Origin: Balanoglossus misakiensis
Taxonomy: Eukaryota > Animalia > Hemichordata
Assembly: GCA_040954595.2 (NCBI GenBank)
Contig: CM082583.2
Coordinates: 1,808,925-1,872,924 of the forward strand
Length of the DNA stretch: 64,000 bases
Reading direction: 5' to 3'
Position numbers and translations under genes: made by a program. Within the stretch, counting starts at the first letter, position 1, and each line of letters starts with the position of its first letter. Of the stretch, positions 36,801 to 47,780 are shown in pieces. Under the pieces are notes generated by a model. It saw nothing but the letters and a program-made list of their open reading frames with translations. It was not told the DNA's origin and did not search any database.

Positions 36801-39800
36801 GTAGTTCACGAACGTCAAATTCTTGGAGACAGCCACTACACTTTTCTTTGATTGTGGTTAAAGGGTCGTCTGCAACAAGGGGTTTCGTTGACAGGTTTCT
36901 CTGGATTGGTCGTAGGTATATTTTAATTTGAGGTCCGACATTTACTTTCAAATCCGAAACACGCCATGGACAATCGATTATCTGGAGTGTCTTTACCCCC
37001 GGACCTACACATCGAAGCATTTCAAACCCCCCACAGTCACGTAGCTGTGGGAAGCCTACGAAATCGTTACTTCCGTCTTGCATTCGTTCGTCTGACGTCA
37101 ACGTTTTGATCATATCTTGGGCACTGATATCCGCCTCAAACTGTATTTTTCGGAAGCCCAGTCCTGCCTTTTGCAGAATGTCTTTTTCAGCTTGTGTAGG
37201 CACAGTGTTTTTGGTGCGGTCGGCCAAACATACGAAGTGGCCAGTCCACGTACGTTTCCTCACTTTCCCTTTATGACGTTCCCGGGCCTTACTCTACAAG
37301 GCCCTGTCTGGGGGCGAAATAGTAAACGGCGTTCGGCCTGAATATCACCTACCAAACTTTCAACACCAGAAGAACGTGACATCTGGGCCTGATCGGACAT
37401 GGCCGACGGCTGAGTTGCTTCCTTGCAAAGGTCTCGGAGTCGCACTCGATCACCTACTCTTGTAACTCCCAATCTTTTTAATTCCCCTTCCGTCATGGAA
37501 AGAACGGTGGCAGCTTCAATCCGCTCATACTTGAACCTCTCTACCAACGTTGCCAAATTTATCTCCTGCAAAATTGCCTCGATATTCATCTCTTTCGACT
37601 GCGACTGCATGCCAGAGACGCGCAAAACAAACAGAAAATGGCCGACAATAAAATTGTGCGCCCTCTAGTGAGGTAGTAAACAAGTAAATAATAATAATAC
37701 TTGCAAAGTGTCATATAATCGTACTACTTCAACATTAAATACTACTATTTATTTATAATATATTAACGAATCAAAATATAATCGTACTACTTCAACATTA
37801 AATACTACTATTTATTTATAATATATTAACGAATCAAAATATAATCGTACTACTTCAACATTAAATACTACTATTTATTTATAATATATTAACAAATCAA
37901 AATATAATCGTACTACTTCAACATTAAATACTACTATTTATTTATAATATATTAACGAATCAAAATATAATCGTACTACTTCAACATTAAATACTACTAT
38001 TTATTTATAATATATTAGCGGATCAAAATATAATCGTACTACTTCAACATTAAATACTACTATTTATTTATAATATATTAACGAATCAAAATATAATCGT
38101 ACTACTTCAACATTAAATACTACTATTTATTTATAATATATTAACGAATCAAAATATAATCGTACTACTTCAACATTAAATACTACTATTTATTTATAAT
38201 ATATTAGCGAATCAAAATATAATCGTACTACTTCAACATTAAATACTACTATTTATTTATAATATATTAACGAATCAAAATATAATCGTACTTCTTCAAC
38301 ATTAAATACTACTATTTATTTATAATATATTAACGAATCAAAATATAATCGTACTACTTCAACATTAAATACTACTATTTATTTATAATATATTAGCGAA
38401 TCAAAATATAATCGTACTACTTCAACATTAAATACTACTATTTATTTATAATATATTAACGAATCAAAATATAATCGTACTTCTTCAACATTAAATACTA
38501 CTATTTATTTATAATATATTAACGAATCAAAATATAATCGTACTACTTCAACATTAAATACTACTATTGCTATACTTAAGACCCCTGAGGCTTGCCATAG
38601 ATGGGGGTAAGAGTAGTAGGTATATATAGAAACACATGTAACTCACACAACACAGTATCATTGTCGAAATTTCTTCATTATCTTAATTGCAATTCATGCC
38701 TCCCCGCCTTGTGGTATTTAAGGAAATAGTGTCAGTTGCTGCCGCATTTTGAAGTTTCGATCTTTTGTGGTTTCGTTGTGCGCGCGCGTATATTCACTGT
38801 AGCAGTTTGGCATGAATCGTTTGTGCGAAGAACAAAAAATTCTTAAAGAAAAAAAACAGTTGACAAATCGCTAAAAGTTAGTTACTAGGGCTTAAGAGTT
38901 TTGTATATTTATTTAACAGGGTTCGAAATTAAGCTTCGCCCGATTGCCCGGAGCAACTATATAATGATACACGGCAAGTAAATTGTCAACCTTAAATACA
39001 GAAGCTTTTTTTTGAAGGGCAAGCCACGCGGTTCTAAAATAAACTTCCATAACAACATGTACACTTGACGCGTTCCAGTCGAAGCAGACCTAAAATGTAT
39101 CAATTTGTAAGCATTAAATTAACCCATTCAAAATATTCAAATTAGAAAAAGACGCATATGCATTCTTGGCGTCCCCAGAGACACACAAACGCAAGTGCGG
39201 CCGGACACAAGATGAAAGCGATGATACGGGGGGGGGGGGGGGGGGGGGTCGGCAACGGTCCACTTTGTGCAGTGAACTCACGTTGATCTTTGCAAAATAA
39301 ATGACGTTATTTTCTTGTAAAATCCAACCCGTGCATTTGATCACTGGGCTACGTCCACGACGCGACGCGTCGACGGCAAACAAATTGGGCGTCCACACTG
39401 TCAAAGTTTCAAAACTTTAAACTTCCGGGTCACCGCTATAAGACCCCCTAAGCTCACCCCCAGTAGACCTGACATACTCTAATCGAAAAGCTGTGCGTCC
39501 TCATCGAAAAGCTTTAGCGCTCTGATAGAAAAGCTGGGTGTTCTAATCGAAAAGCTAGGTGCTCTTATCAATAAGCGGGCGCCCTCATCGTAAAGTGGGG
39601 GTGGTAACTCTGATCGAAAAGCTGTGTGCTCTGATGGAAAAGTGAATACTCTGATCGAAAAGCGCGAATACTCTCATCGAAAAGCTGTGTGCTCTGATGG
39701 AAAAGTGAATACTCTGATCGAAAAGCGCAAATACTCTCATCGAAAAGTGAATACTCTCATCGAAAAGCTGTGTGCTAATTTTGGCATGAATTACACTCCA

Positions 39801-42800
39801 TATAAATTGTTCACCGTCATGGGGTGCCTTCCAGCACCAAAGTTGATGGTGGCCTACGATTGGCCGCTGCAGGGTGGTGACAGACAAATGTACATGCATT
39901 AATTTAAGCGTAACCTCTCCTGTTTATGAATTTTTTAGGTGGCATTTAGGAATGTGCAAGGAGGCCTATGTACCATTTTATCGTGGTTTTGACTCGTACT
40001 ACGGTTTTCTGAACAGCTACATTACATACTATGACCATACAAACCAAGACGTCGCCGGATTTTTTGGACAGGGTATGGAATAGTTATGGAATACAATTTA
40101 CATACGCATGCCCAGTTACGGTTAAAGGTGATCTTATGTTGAAACACAGACGCCGTTTTGAACAAATAACCTGGTAAAAGCCTCTCATAATATCGTTTCC
40201 GAACACAAAAACATTTTCTCTAAGAGAATCAAAAAGTGTCAAAATTACACAAAATAAAACATGAGGAGAAAGTAAGAAAAAACAGACAAAGTACAAATTT
40301 CAGTAAGGACGGGACTGAAGTACTGAAACAGGCCAAAGTACATGTACTATACACATGTCCTTTTAACCCAATACCTACACTTGCTTGCAGGCTCTAAACC
40401 TTATAGTGGCTATGATTTCTGGGATAATATCGGCATGGTACTCGACAACACTACATATATCAGCGTAAGTTTTACATTTCAATGTCCTATGTACTCCCTC
40501 AAATATACTTGTGTATTTTGTGGCACTGTGCGCAAGTCACCTTTGCTCTAGAAATACAGTTTCCCGTACATAGCCCATCATTTGTGCACTTAGAATTCAA
40601 GAAAGTAATATGCCATACTTGTTACTTGCACAATGTTGATTTTGATAGAACGATAGATTTATATGTTGCTCGTTGGTTATGTTGCAGTTCTTACTGAGCA
40701 ATAGAGCCGAAGAATTGATTGACAAACACAGCAAGGACACGCCGATGTTTCTCTATTACTCTTCCCCCCTGCCTCATTTCCCATTAGAAGTAAGTTTTGA
40801 TCAACGCAATCCCTGTTTGTGCTTCTGACTAAATATATCCAGGCCTAGGTAAGAAAGCGGCGTGGCGAAGTGCAAAGACGTATTTGCGAACTGAAAAGCG
40901 AGATAGACCTTGAAAACGTACGTAGTTGAGAATTACTTCCCGCCACGGAGAACTTGAAACGCTATAGGCCTAGTTGACCCCTAAAAATACCTAGAAAATG
41001 CAAGTTGAGGGCGCATTCAACATGCCGCAAGCTGTTTGTAGAGCTGGTAGGTTTTTTTTTGTATCTTCTTCAAAAAGTAGCGAGAGTTCAACAACATCTT
41101 TTGGCACAACTATATTCAAACCCATTAGTCCCAGATCGCGCTAACTTTTATTCCGAAATTTTGCTTTCAAACATAAATATCAATAAATATTTAAAATATG
41201 CGCCCTCAACTTGTATTTTCTAGGTATTCTTAGGGGTCAACTATAGCGTTTCGGTTCGCCACGCCGCTTTCTTGCGTACCCCTGATATCACTAATCACAT
41301 TCGGACATCAGTCAAATTAAGAAACATTGGCTTCAAATGGGTTTACGTTTTTATGCAGGTACCAGAAGAGTACGAAAACCGATATGCTGACAACAAAAAC
41401 AGGAATAGAAGAATATACAGCGGTAAGAGCGGGTCCAAATAAAGGGCATATTCGAGTTATGTGCTGTTATTTACACATGCATTGTTTCTTGCTGAGATGA
41501 GAAACAGACCTATACTGATTTGTCAGGCTGCCTTTCATATAGCGCGTGTGTGTGCCTGCGCGTATGGATAGACAGTTGGATGGATGGATTCAAAATATGT
41601 ACTAGTATGTTTTGATGAGAGGTACAATTTATTTCTAGAGTATTCTTCTTTCCTATCTAGGTATGGTTTCCATGATGGATGAGATCATTGGCAATGTAAC
41701 AAATAAACTTAAAGAAAACGGAATGTGGGAAAACACTCTCTTTGTGTTCATGAGTGACGTGAGTAAATGCCTTGTAATAAAAATGTAATGCATTTGCAGC
41801 TCTCGCATAGGATGCTTACATACAGACAGACAGATCAAAAAGTTCAGACCAAAGTTCTAAATACAGAATCACCAGCTCAAGTTATTTTCAGAACGGTGGT
41901 GTTCCTTCATATGGTGGTTTTAACTACCCTTTGCGAGGAACCAAGACAACGCTGTTTGAAGGAGGTACACGAGTTATTACGTTCGCCGCTGGGGGCGCGC
42001 TTGAGAAGACAGGTTATGTCAATGATGGGTTAGTGAACATTGACGACATTTCATTTTCTACACCTAACTGTTTTCTGTTTATTCAATGTATTAAAGAAAC
42101 ACATAATATTGCATACCTACTGATCAAATGGGGCGTATATGTCTGTTACAGTCTTATCCACATAACAGATTGGTATCCAACGTTTGTTTCTTTGGCCGGC
42201 GGGTCTCCAGGTATAGTAGGTCGTCAATTACTTTGCTCTTTTCTGTAAGATAAGTTCATGTAATTCTGAGTATGCTAGCATAAGCTGAAAGGGCACAGTC
42301 CGGTTGGAAGTGAGAAAAACCCGCAGCTATGCAAATTTGGATACAGTTACCATGACAAGTTGTGATGTAGCCAATGACAGATTTTCATTTTGTGGTCTCG
42401 TGAAAAATGTGCACCATCAAGTCGTCATTCGAAGATTTTGACCAACTCCTTTAACCATACATGCACATAGGCATATGTAAATTCGATCGTTTGCCTTTAA
42501 CTGGTGGCACACAGACCGCCCTCAAGGCCATAGTCGATTCTGTACAAATGGCGTCTTGTCTTTTTTGTTTGTGATTATTACCAAGTACAGACCAGAATAT
42601 GGACGGAAAGAATGTATGGGATACTATATCAAAGGGAAAGAAATCTCCCAGAGACGAAATAGTCTACAACATTGTGACTGAAATGCCCACCAGAGGCGCA
42701 GCAATAAGGTATCTATACATTTACATAATTAGGAGACCTTTTTATGGAACATATACGCTGTGTGCACCATACATTGAATTGTCGCACGAAGCTGAATCAA

Positions 42801-44031
42801 CTGCGAGGGGAACTTGCCAGTGTTAGTGAGGGAGACAAATATCATACATTAGTGTCAATTACATGCACATACACTGTACTTTGTTTGAATTTCAGAGTTG
42901 GTGATTGGAAACTTATAGATGGAAATCATCAAACAGCTTATCCCTATGTATATGCCCAAGGTAAGGTTAACACTTGGTTTCCACGGCAGAAACTATCCCT
43001 CTACACAGATTTGTTTAACAACACAAATTGTACAAGGACGTGCAGCATGTAGCCTAGTCTGGTCCCCTGCCCCATTCCCGCCACTGTCTGCACTACAAGG
43101 AAAGGGTTAGGTATTAACACACTAGGCCTACTATGTGTTTCAAAAGGACAGCTTTCTCTCAATTTGAGTCGTGCTACGTTTATCTGTAAAGTGAGTTTGA
43201 GCACATCTTACGGAAATCCGGATTCATCCAACAGTGCACACTTATCTCATAACAAATAAAGTCAAGTATGACAATATTGACCGTTTTTATATTCGTAACT
43301 ATGCCAACGTTACGTCATATTTCACGTTTTAGATGGGTGGTATCTGCCACCCACTGAAGACAACCAGACAGTTGTGCCCCCTGTATTTGTTCCAGGTGTC
43401 GGTCGAGACCCCCCACCAGTCCCGAATGTCCAGTATCTATTCAACCTAAGAGGTAAAGTTGCAGTGTGTCTTCTCTGGCTAAGAGTATCTTTTATGCCGC
43501 AACGGCCAATTTACTAGTATGTGTACAAATGTGCTACATGTTATGTCGGCCAAAATATAGTAATGTGTTATGCTCTGTCGACTGGTGATATAAGCTCACG
43601 GGTATACATTCGAGTCAGTCGACCTGAGTGACGCTGCTTTATTTCGATCGACGAGACGTGTAAGATTGTCTTTATCATACGTACCTACCCACATACCTAT
43701 CCACCCAACGCAACCCCTTTATATTTTTCCCTCTTCTATGAAATTAATTGTTCATATTACCGATTCGGAAGTTAACGTCTTTGATAAAATTTGAGTGTGT
43801 AATACTGTATAGATACAAATTAACACATTGCTGATTTTACCACTTTCAACGTACACAGACGATCCGAATGAACATCACGATCAATCAGCTAAGGAACCAA
43901 GGAAAGTCGCTGAGCTAAAAGCCCGCCTGAATGATCATCGAAGCCGTGCTGTTCCCGCGCTTCATCCACCGCCTAATTTTGAAGCTGATCCCGCGCTAAC
44001 AGACGGGATCTGGAGGACAGGCTTTTGTTGA
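21853..44031 (+). CDS. Arylsulfatase B/I/J-like sulfatase with N-terminal transmembrane segment, ~16 exons, possibly disabled (in-frame TGA 22283-22285)
   Basis: GT-AG exons at ~21853-22066, 22263-22331 ([11 protein letters not shown]), 22582-22693, 23086-23137 (CSPSR formylglycine motif), 23531-23634 (GYNTHMIGK), 39939-40072 (WHLG..RGFDSY), 40391-40464, 40688-40789, 41359-41422, 41661-41758 (FMSD), 41892-~42028 (NGG..NYPLRG.K.TLFEGG), ~42152, ~42591, ~42896 (GDWKL), ~43333, 43859-44031. A possible first exon is ATG 21183-21206. Confidence 0.88.
24631..25485 (+). repeat. 63-bp AT-rich minisatellite (~13.5 copies) in the left TIR
   Basis: Unit agtagtatttaatgttgaagtagtacgattatattttgattcgttaatatattataaataaat; period 63 (24631, 24694, 24757...). 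Confidence 0.97.
25870..27249 (+). CDS. IS3EU-like DDE transposase/integrase (SAM-like N-terminus, HTH, integrase core), intact, 459 aa
   Basis: HTH-like [18 protein letters not shown]; DDE triad in [15 protein letters not shown] and [12 protein letters not shown]; no stops or introns. Confidence 0.92.
   Translation: MDLNISEMAKVLLSLNLGNLIDTFEQENITPDIICKLSSVDFQTLGVNNSRDVMALRTKCTHYGSKVPVKVQVGCGPPQFYIPKAILQNHLEEGFLVTEIASMFAVSKSTIIRRMRVYGLSKMDFADISDGDLDIHVNELTQEYPFCGENMLRHLLTEKFGIKVQRMRLRDSIHRIDDAGIQARKNSRLRRRVYNVKGPNQLWHVDTNHKLIRWGFIILGGVDGFSRLPVMLECKDNNRAATLLECFKTAVKVYGLPSRVRSDMGLENVDIADFMLQKRGTNRGSMITGKSVHNQRIERLWRDVFEGVLALFHQLFHFMEDNSILDPFKPSHLAALHYIYLPRINEKLEVWSRAWGNHRMRTTRSSPLRLWISGQLQNPVGVQLSADDITTYGVEGIVDDHDGGADERPILQPISFELGEQCLEELMQRVPATRPTNNYGIELYQSALQIINHYHANIQ
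32202..32446. mobile_element. Small fold-back element nested in the inner transposon
   Basis: ttttcataagtcta..taggtcaa.ctgaaagcgaggccactggggaaa is mirrored by tttccccagtggcctcgctttcag..gacttatgaaaa. Confidence 0.7.
33026..37589 (-). CDS. Transposon-borne SAM / UBZ-type zinc finger / HECT E3 ubiquitin ligase (G2E3-like), 6 exons, ~670 aa if one -1 frameshift is bypassed
   Basis: Exons 37589-36685 (frame change at ~37263), 36025-35621 ([17 protein letters not shown]), 35076-34944 ([10 protein letters not shown]), 34745-34609, 34330-34150 and 33285-33026 (LQFVTG..., catalytic [14 protein letters not shown], ends FGNV). All introns are GT-AG and phase-compatible. Confidence 0.85.
33506..34038. 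mobile_element. Kolobok-like TTAA MITE in the last HECT intron (same termini as 7358-7703)
   Basis: TTAA|agggacaaagtctc...gagactttgtccct|TTAA. Confidence 0.85.
37713..38567 (-). repeat. 63-bp minisatellite (~13.5 copies) in the right TIR, inverted
   Basis: Reverse complement of the left array. Confidence 0.97.
40851..41273. mobile_element. Fold-back MITE in an arylsulfatase intron
   Basis: aagaaagcggcgtggcgaa..ttcgccacgccgctttctt, plus inner inverted tagttgacccctaa..agttgagggcgca arms. Confidence 0.75.
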
Positions 44032-44400
44032 TCGTTACCAATTTTTGAAACGCAAATTTATCTGACAGAGAACAATCCTAAAAACCTTCCAGAAAACTTT
44101 AACGAAGAACTACACATTTAAAAATACTTCTAAAATATCAGGTCGATAGTGTCATCAAACTATTGATACACAATCAGCCATAGGAAGTTGCGAACCAATT
44201 TCAGTACTGAAAACAACTTATTGTGGTCGATGTCTCTCTTCTAATTTTGTGCAAAAAGAGACTCAAAAGACATCAACTCTCTGAAACAATGTCATATGTT
44301 TTCTGTATGCTCTGAAAATAAAATTATATTTGACACATCACATTTTGTTGGGATTTTCATCATCATTCATGTCACAATTGTCTGATTTATCGCAGAATTT

Positions 44401-45412
44401 ATGATGTATGCTGATGTATGCTGATGATACACAAGTTTACTTAACCTGCAAGCGAGCAGATCATTCAAAGTTGCAGATTGAATCTTGCGTGGACGAGATT
44501 CGTAAATGGATGGCCGTGAACAAGCTTGTTTTAAATGACACTGAGACAGAATTAATTCATTGTCATTCGAAATTCAGACCCTTTACACCGCTACCCGAAC
44601 TACGTGTCGGTTCAGACCTAATCACCCCTTCAGCCGTCGTCAGAGACCTTGGCTTTTATTTTGACAGTGATGTTTTAGCTCAAACTCAAATTATGCAAGT
44701 CTGTAAGTCAGCCTCGTTTGTTTTAAATCGCATAGGTCGTATCCGTAACGTTTTAGATAGAAAAACTACTGAAAGATTAATTCACGCCTTCATAACATCA
44801 CGTCTTGACTACTGTAATAGCTTGTAGGTTCATCATCCTGAGTATCTCATTAACCGGTTACAACGCATACAGAACTCAGCTGCTCGTTTGGTAACTCGCA
44901 CTAAAAATCCGAACACATCACGCCGGTCCTTCAAGAGTTACACTGGCTCCCTGTCATCCATCGTATATATTTCAAAGTTCTTATTCTTACATACAAATGT
45001 CTTTGTGGCCAAGCGCCAACCTATCTGTCAGATCTTCTTGTTGTTTTCAAGCCAAGTAGGTTAACGCGTTTTGCGAATGCCATAAAACTTGTCGAGCCTC
45101 GTTTTAACCAGGAGCATTATGGTAAAAGAGCTTTTTCGGTAGCTGCTCCCAGGCTATGGAATTCCCTTGACGCTTCAATTAGAAATGCACCTTCCCTGTC
45201 TTCTTTTAAATCCCAACTTAAAACCCATCTTTTTTATGAAAGCATTCATACACTAATTCTTTTACATATTTTACATATTTTACAACTTTTATATACCCTT
45301 TTTAGCTTGTATTTTTAGTGTACTTTTTATCATGTTGTAAAGCGCATTGAGATTTTATTCCATTATGTAATGCGCTGTATAAGAAATACATATTATTATT
45401 ATTATTATTATT
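44401..45412 (+). mobile_element. 5'-truncated L2/CR1-group LINE
   Basis: YADDTQVY RT motif, AFITSRLDYCNSL, LHWLP C-terminal motifs with stop/frameshift, (ATT)n tail, 7-bp TSD AGAATTT (44394-44400, 45413-45419). Confidence 0.88.
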
Positions 45413-46190
45413 AGAATTTGGTGTTATTATCATAAGGTCACTGTGTGTGTGTGTGTGTGGTGGGGGGGGGGGTGTTTACACGATTAATTATCAAGAACGA
45501 CTGAACAGATTCAACTCAAATTTGGTACACAGGTTTTAGAATGGATAGAACTGATTAGATTTTGGTGTTACTTGCATAGTAATGAATATTATCAGGTTTT
45601 CATGTTTCGGCAACAGGAGATAGCATTGACATATACAGAGAATTAGTGCACCGACTTTGATGGAACCGTCTTCAGATGACAATCTCAGTAGGTTATGACG
45701 GTACCAGTGTGTACTGTCAATTATCCGCTCATTTGCATATTTAATGAACTTTTTAAATTAGTGCTATATTTTTTTGCAGATTTAACTGTAAGTTGCTGGC
45801 ATGTCGTTGTGTGTGGATCTCTCCGCCCCTCCTCGACAGCAAAAACTTGACAACCGCCCGGCACGTGCACTTTTTTTATTGAATAGACGCACACTTGTGG
45901 CATTTTGTTGAAATGAGGTTTCAAGACACAATGTGAATGTTGTCAAAGTAAAAACACTGACTTCTAGAGGGGCAGCTTTGAGAATTGGCAGTTTCAAGTA
46001 GTGAGATAAAGACAAATCTCTGGTCAAACAATGCAAACGCCATCAGGTGAGTGTGTGGACACAAAATGCCTGTATGCAAACAGTATACAATGCCTGTATG
46101 CAAATTGAGTATAGGGTGGTTATGGTACATTCATACATAAATATCACTAGTGATTTGTGTCGCATTAGGTTGCATTGTATTACATTCAAC

Positions 46191-47780
46191 ATGGCAATGT
46201 TTCTCGTTAAAGAACTTGGTCGTTTACTTTTCTTTTCGTGTGTTGTTATAAGTCTAGCCGGACCAGTCAAAGTTGAGGAATGTGATTTAGACCACAGCTA
46301 CTGCTCCCGGTCTGATGTGTGTGCCTACGTGTTCAACTTTGGCACCAACGAAGATGGCAGCTGCCCAGTCCTTGCACAAAGCATCGAACAACTTGGAAAT
46401 GTAGCCGACAACGTCGAATTACTATTCTCATTAATTCAACAGACGGGAGATAAAATCGATGGCGTGGAAGAAGAATTGGAATCTAAGCACAATTTGATAA
46501 GTCAAGTTAACGAGGAACTCAACAACCTGGAAAGTGAAGTGGACCGATCCATACAAGGCGTACGACAGCAGATAGACGAAAAAGACGCCCAAATCACCAA
46601 CCTAGAGAACCAAATTAGCCGCTGGAACGACCAAGCCAGTGTCATACAAGGCTTATTACAACGGCAAATAGACGAAAAACACGCTCAAATCAATATGCTA
46701 CAGAGTCAACTTAGACAACTGAGCTGTTTCGTTGGTAAGTTTACATGAACTATATTTAGTAAGAAAGCATTTAATAATTTAAAAGGCATTAATAAATTTG
46801 TTTTAATTCGCAATGTGTTTCTAAAACTACAATGGCGTCAGACGCGGTTCCTCTATCCTATATACCAGTGTTTCTTTCATTGAATGTGCACAGTTTGATT
46901 TTTTCAACGTATATTATGTATGCCTTAGGGCTATACCTGTAGAACGATTGACGCATTTGCATTGCTAAAATCTGATAAAATACGAGTTATTAAAAGCTGT
47001 CAAGGAGTGTATCTCACGTGTCAATCAAATATTGTTAGTATGTACACATTTTGAATTAAATTGTTATGAGGTCAATTTACAGCTATTCAATAAGGTCAAG
47101 AGAATTTTTTCGGTGTTGGCCATTTCCCTCAAAATGGAGCGACGGCACCATTTTAAAAATGATGCAGTCAGTGACAATGTATTATTAATGCTAATTGTTA
47201 TTCAATGCCGCAATCTCTTGATTCCCTGATGTGATTTGGTATTTTTATTCTAGAAAGAGGAGTACTTCAATTGGAGAGTCCAGACACCAGAATACAGGCC
47301 TTAGTGGACGTTCCTTCTCTCACGGGTCTGACTGCTTGCATCCGGATGAAACCTCTATTAGCCGGCAGACAATCGTGTGCGGTGTCCTACTGACACATTC
47401 CAATTTTAAACAAAGGACTTTGTCTTATTTCGAGCGATGATGACGACGTCGATGATGAATGGCGCCATTTATGTATTGTATGGTCTGTGGCCAGCGGATA
47501 TGTGAAATATTACATCAACGGCACGTTGTCTACAACAGCTACAGGTCTAAAACGTGGCCAAACTTTTGCTGGTGGCGTTCTCATGTTAGGACAAGACCAC
47601 CAAGCAGAACGACCATTCCTCGGTAGCCTGACAGAGTTCAACATGTGGTCCAGAGTTCTTAGTGACGACGAGATTGCTGAAGCAGACAGTAATAGATTCA
47701 GTGGCGGTGACATCTTTGCGTGGCATAAATCCCCGCTCGAAATAACGGGCGACGTATCCGAGAGATGTGTTCACCTGTAA
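46191..47780 (+). pseudogene. Secreted coiled-coil + pentraxin-domain gene, 2 exons, in-frame TGA at 47391-47393
   Basis: Exon 46191-46734 encodes a signal peptide, Cys motif and coiled coil. Exon 47254-47780 has LTACIRM, WRHLCIVWS (pentraxin HxCxxW), LMLGQD and FLGSLTEFNMWSRVLS. Confidence 0.78.

Larger units (their letters stand above)
24597..38599. mobile_element. Inner autonomous-type IS3EU-like transposon, 14.0 kb, with ~1.1-kb TIRs, encoding a transposase and a HECT E3 ligase
   Basis: Ends tatggcaag..cttgccata; 6-bp TSD GATGGG (24591-24596, 38600-38605); TIRs 24597-25696 and 37499-38599. Confidence 0.93.
23689..39802. mobile_element. Outer non-autonomous IS3EU-like DNA transposon (~2.1 kb without the nested insert)
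   Basis: TIR tatggagtgtaattcatgccaaaattagcac..gtgctaattttggcatgaattacactccata; 6-bp TSD TAAATT (23683-23688, 39803-39808); subterminal arrays of cttttcgatgag at ~23724-23955 and inverted at ~39477-39770. Confidence 0.92.

Noticed and set aside
37269-37292. Mini-intron (gtaagg...aaag) explaining the HECT frame change
   Set aside because: It is only 24 nt and a multiple of three, so it would not correct the frame.
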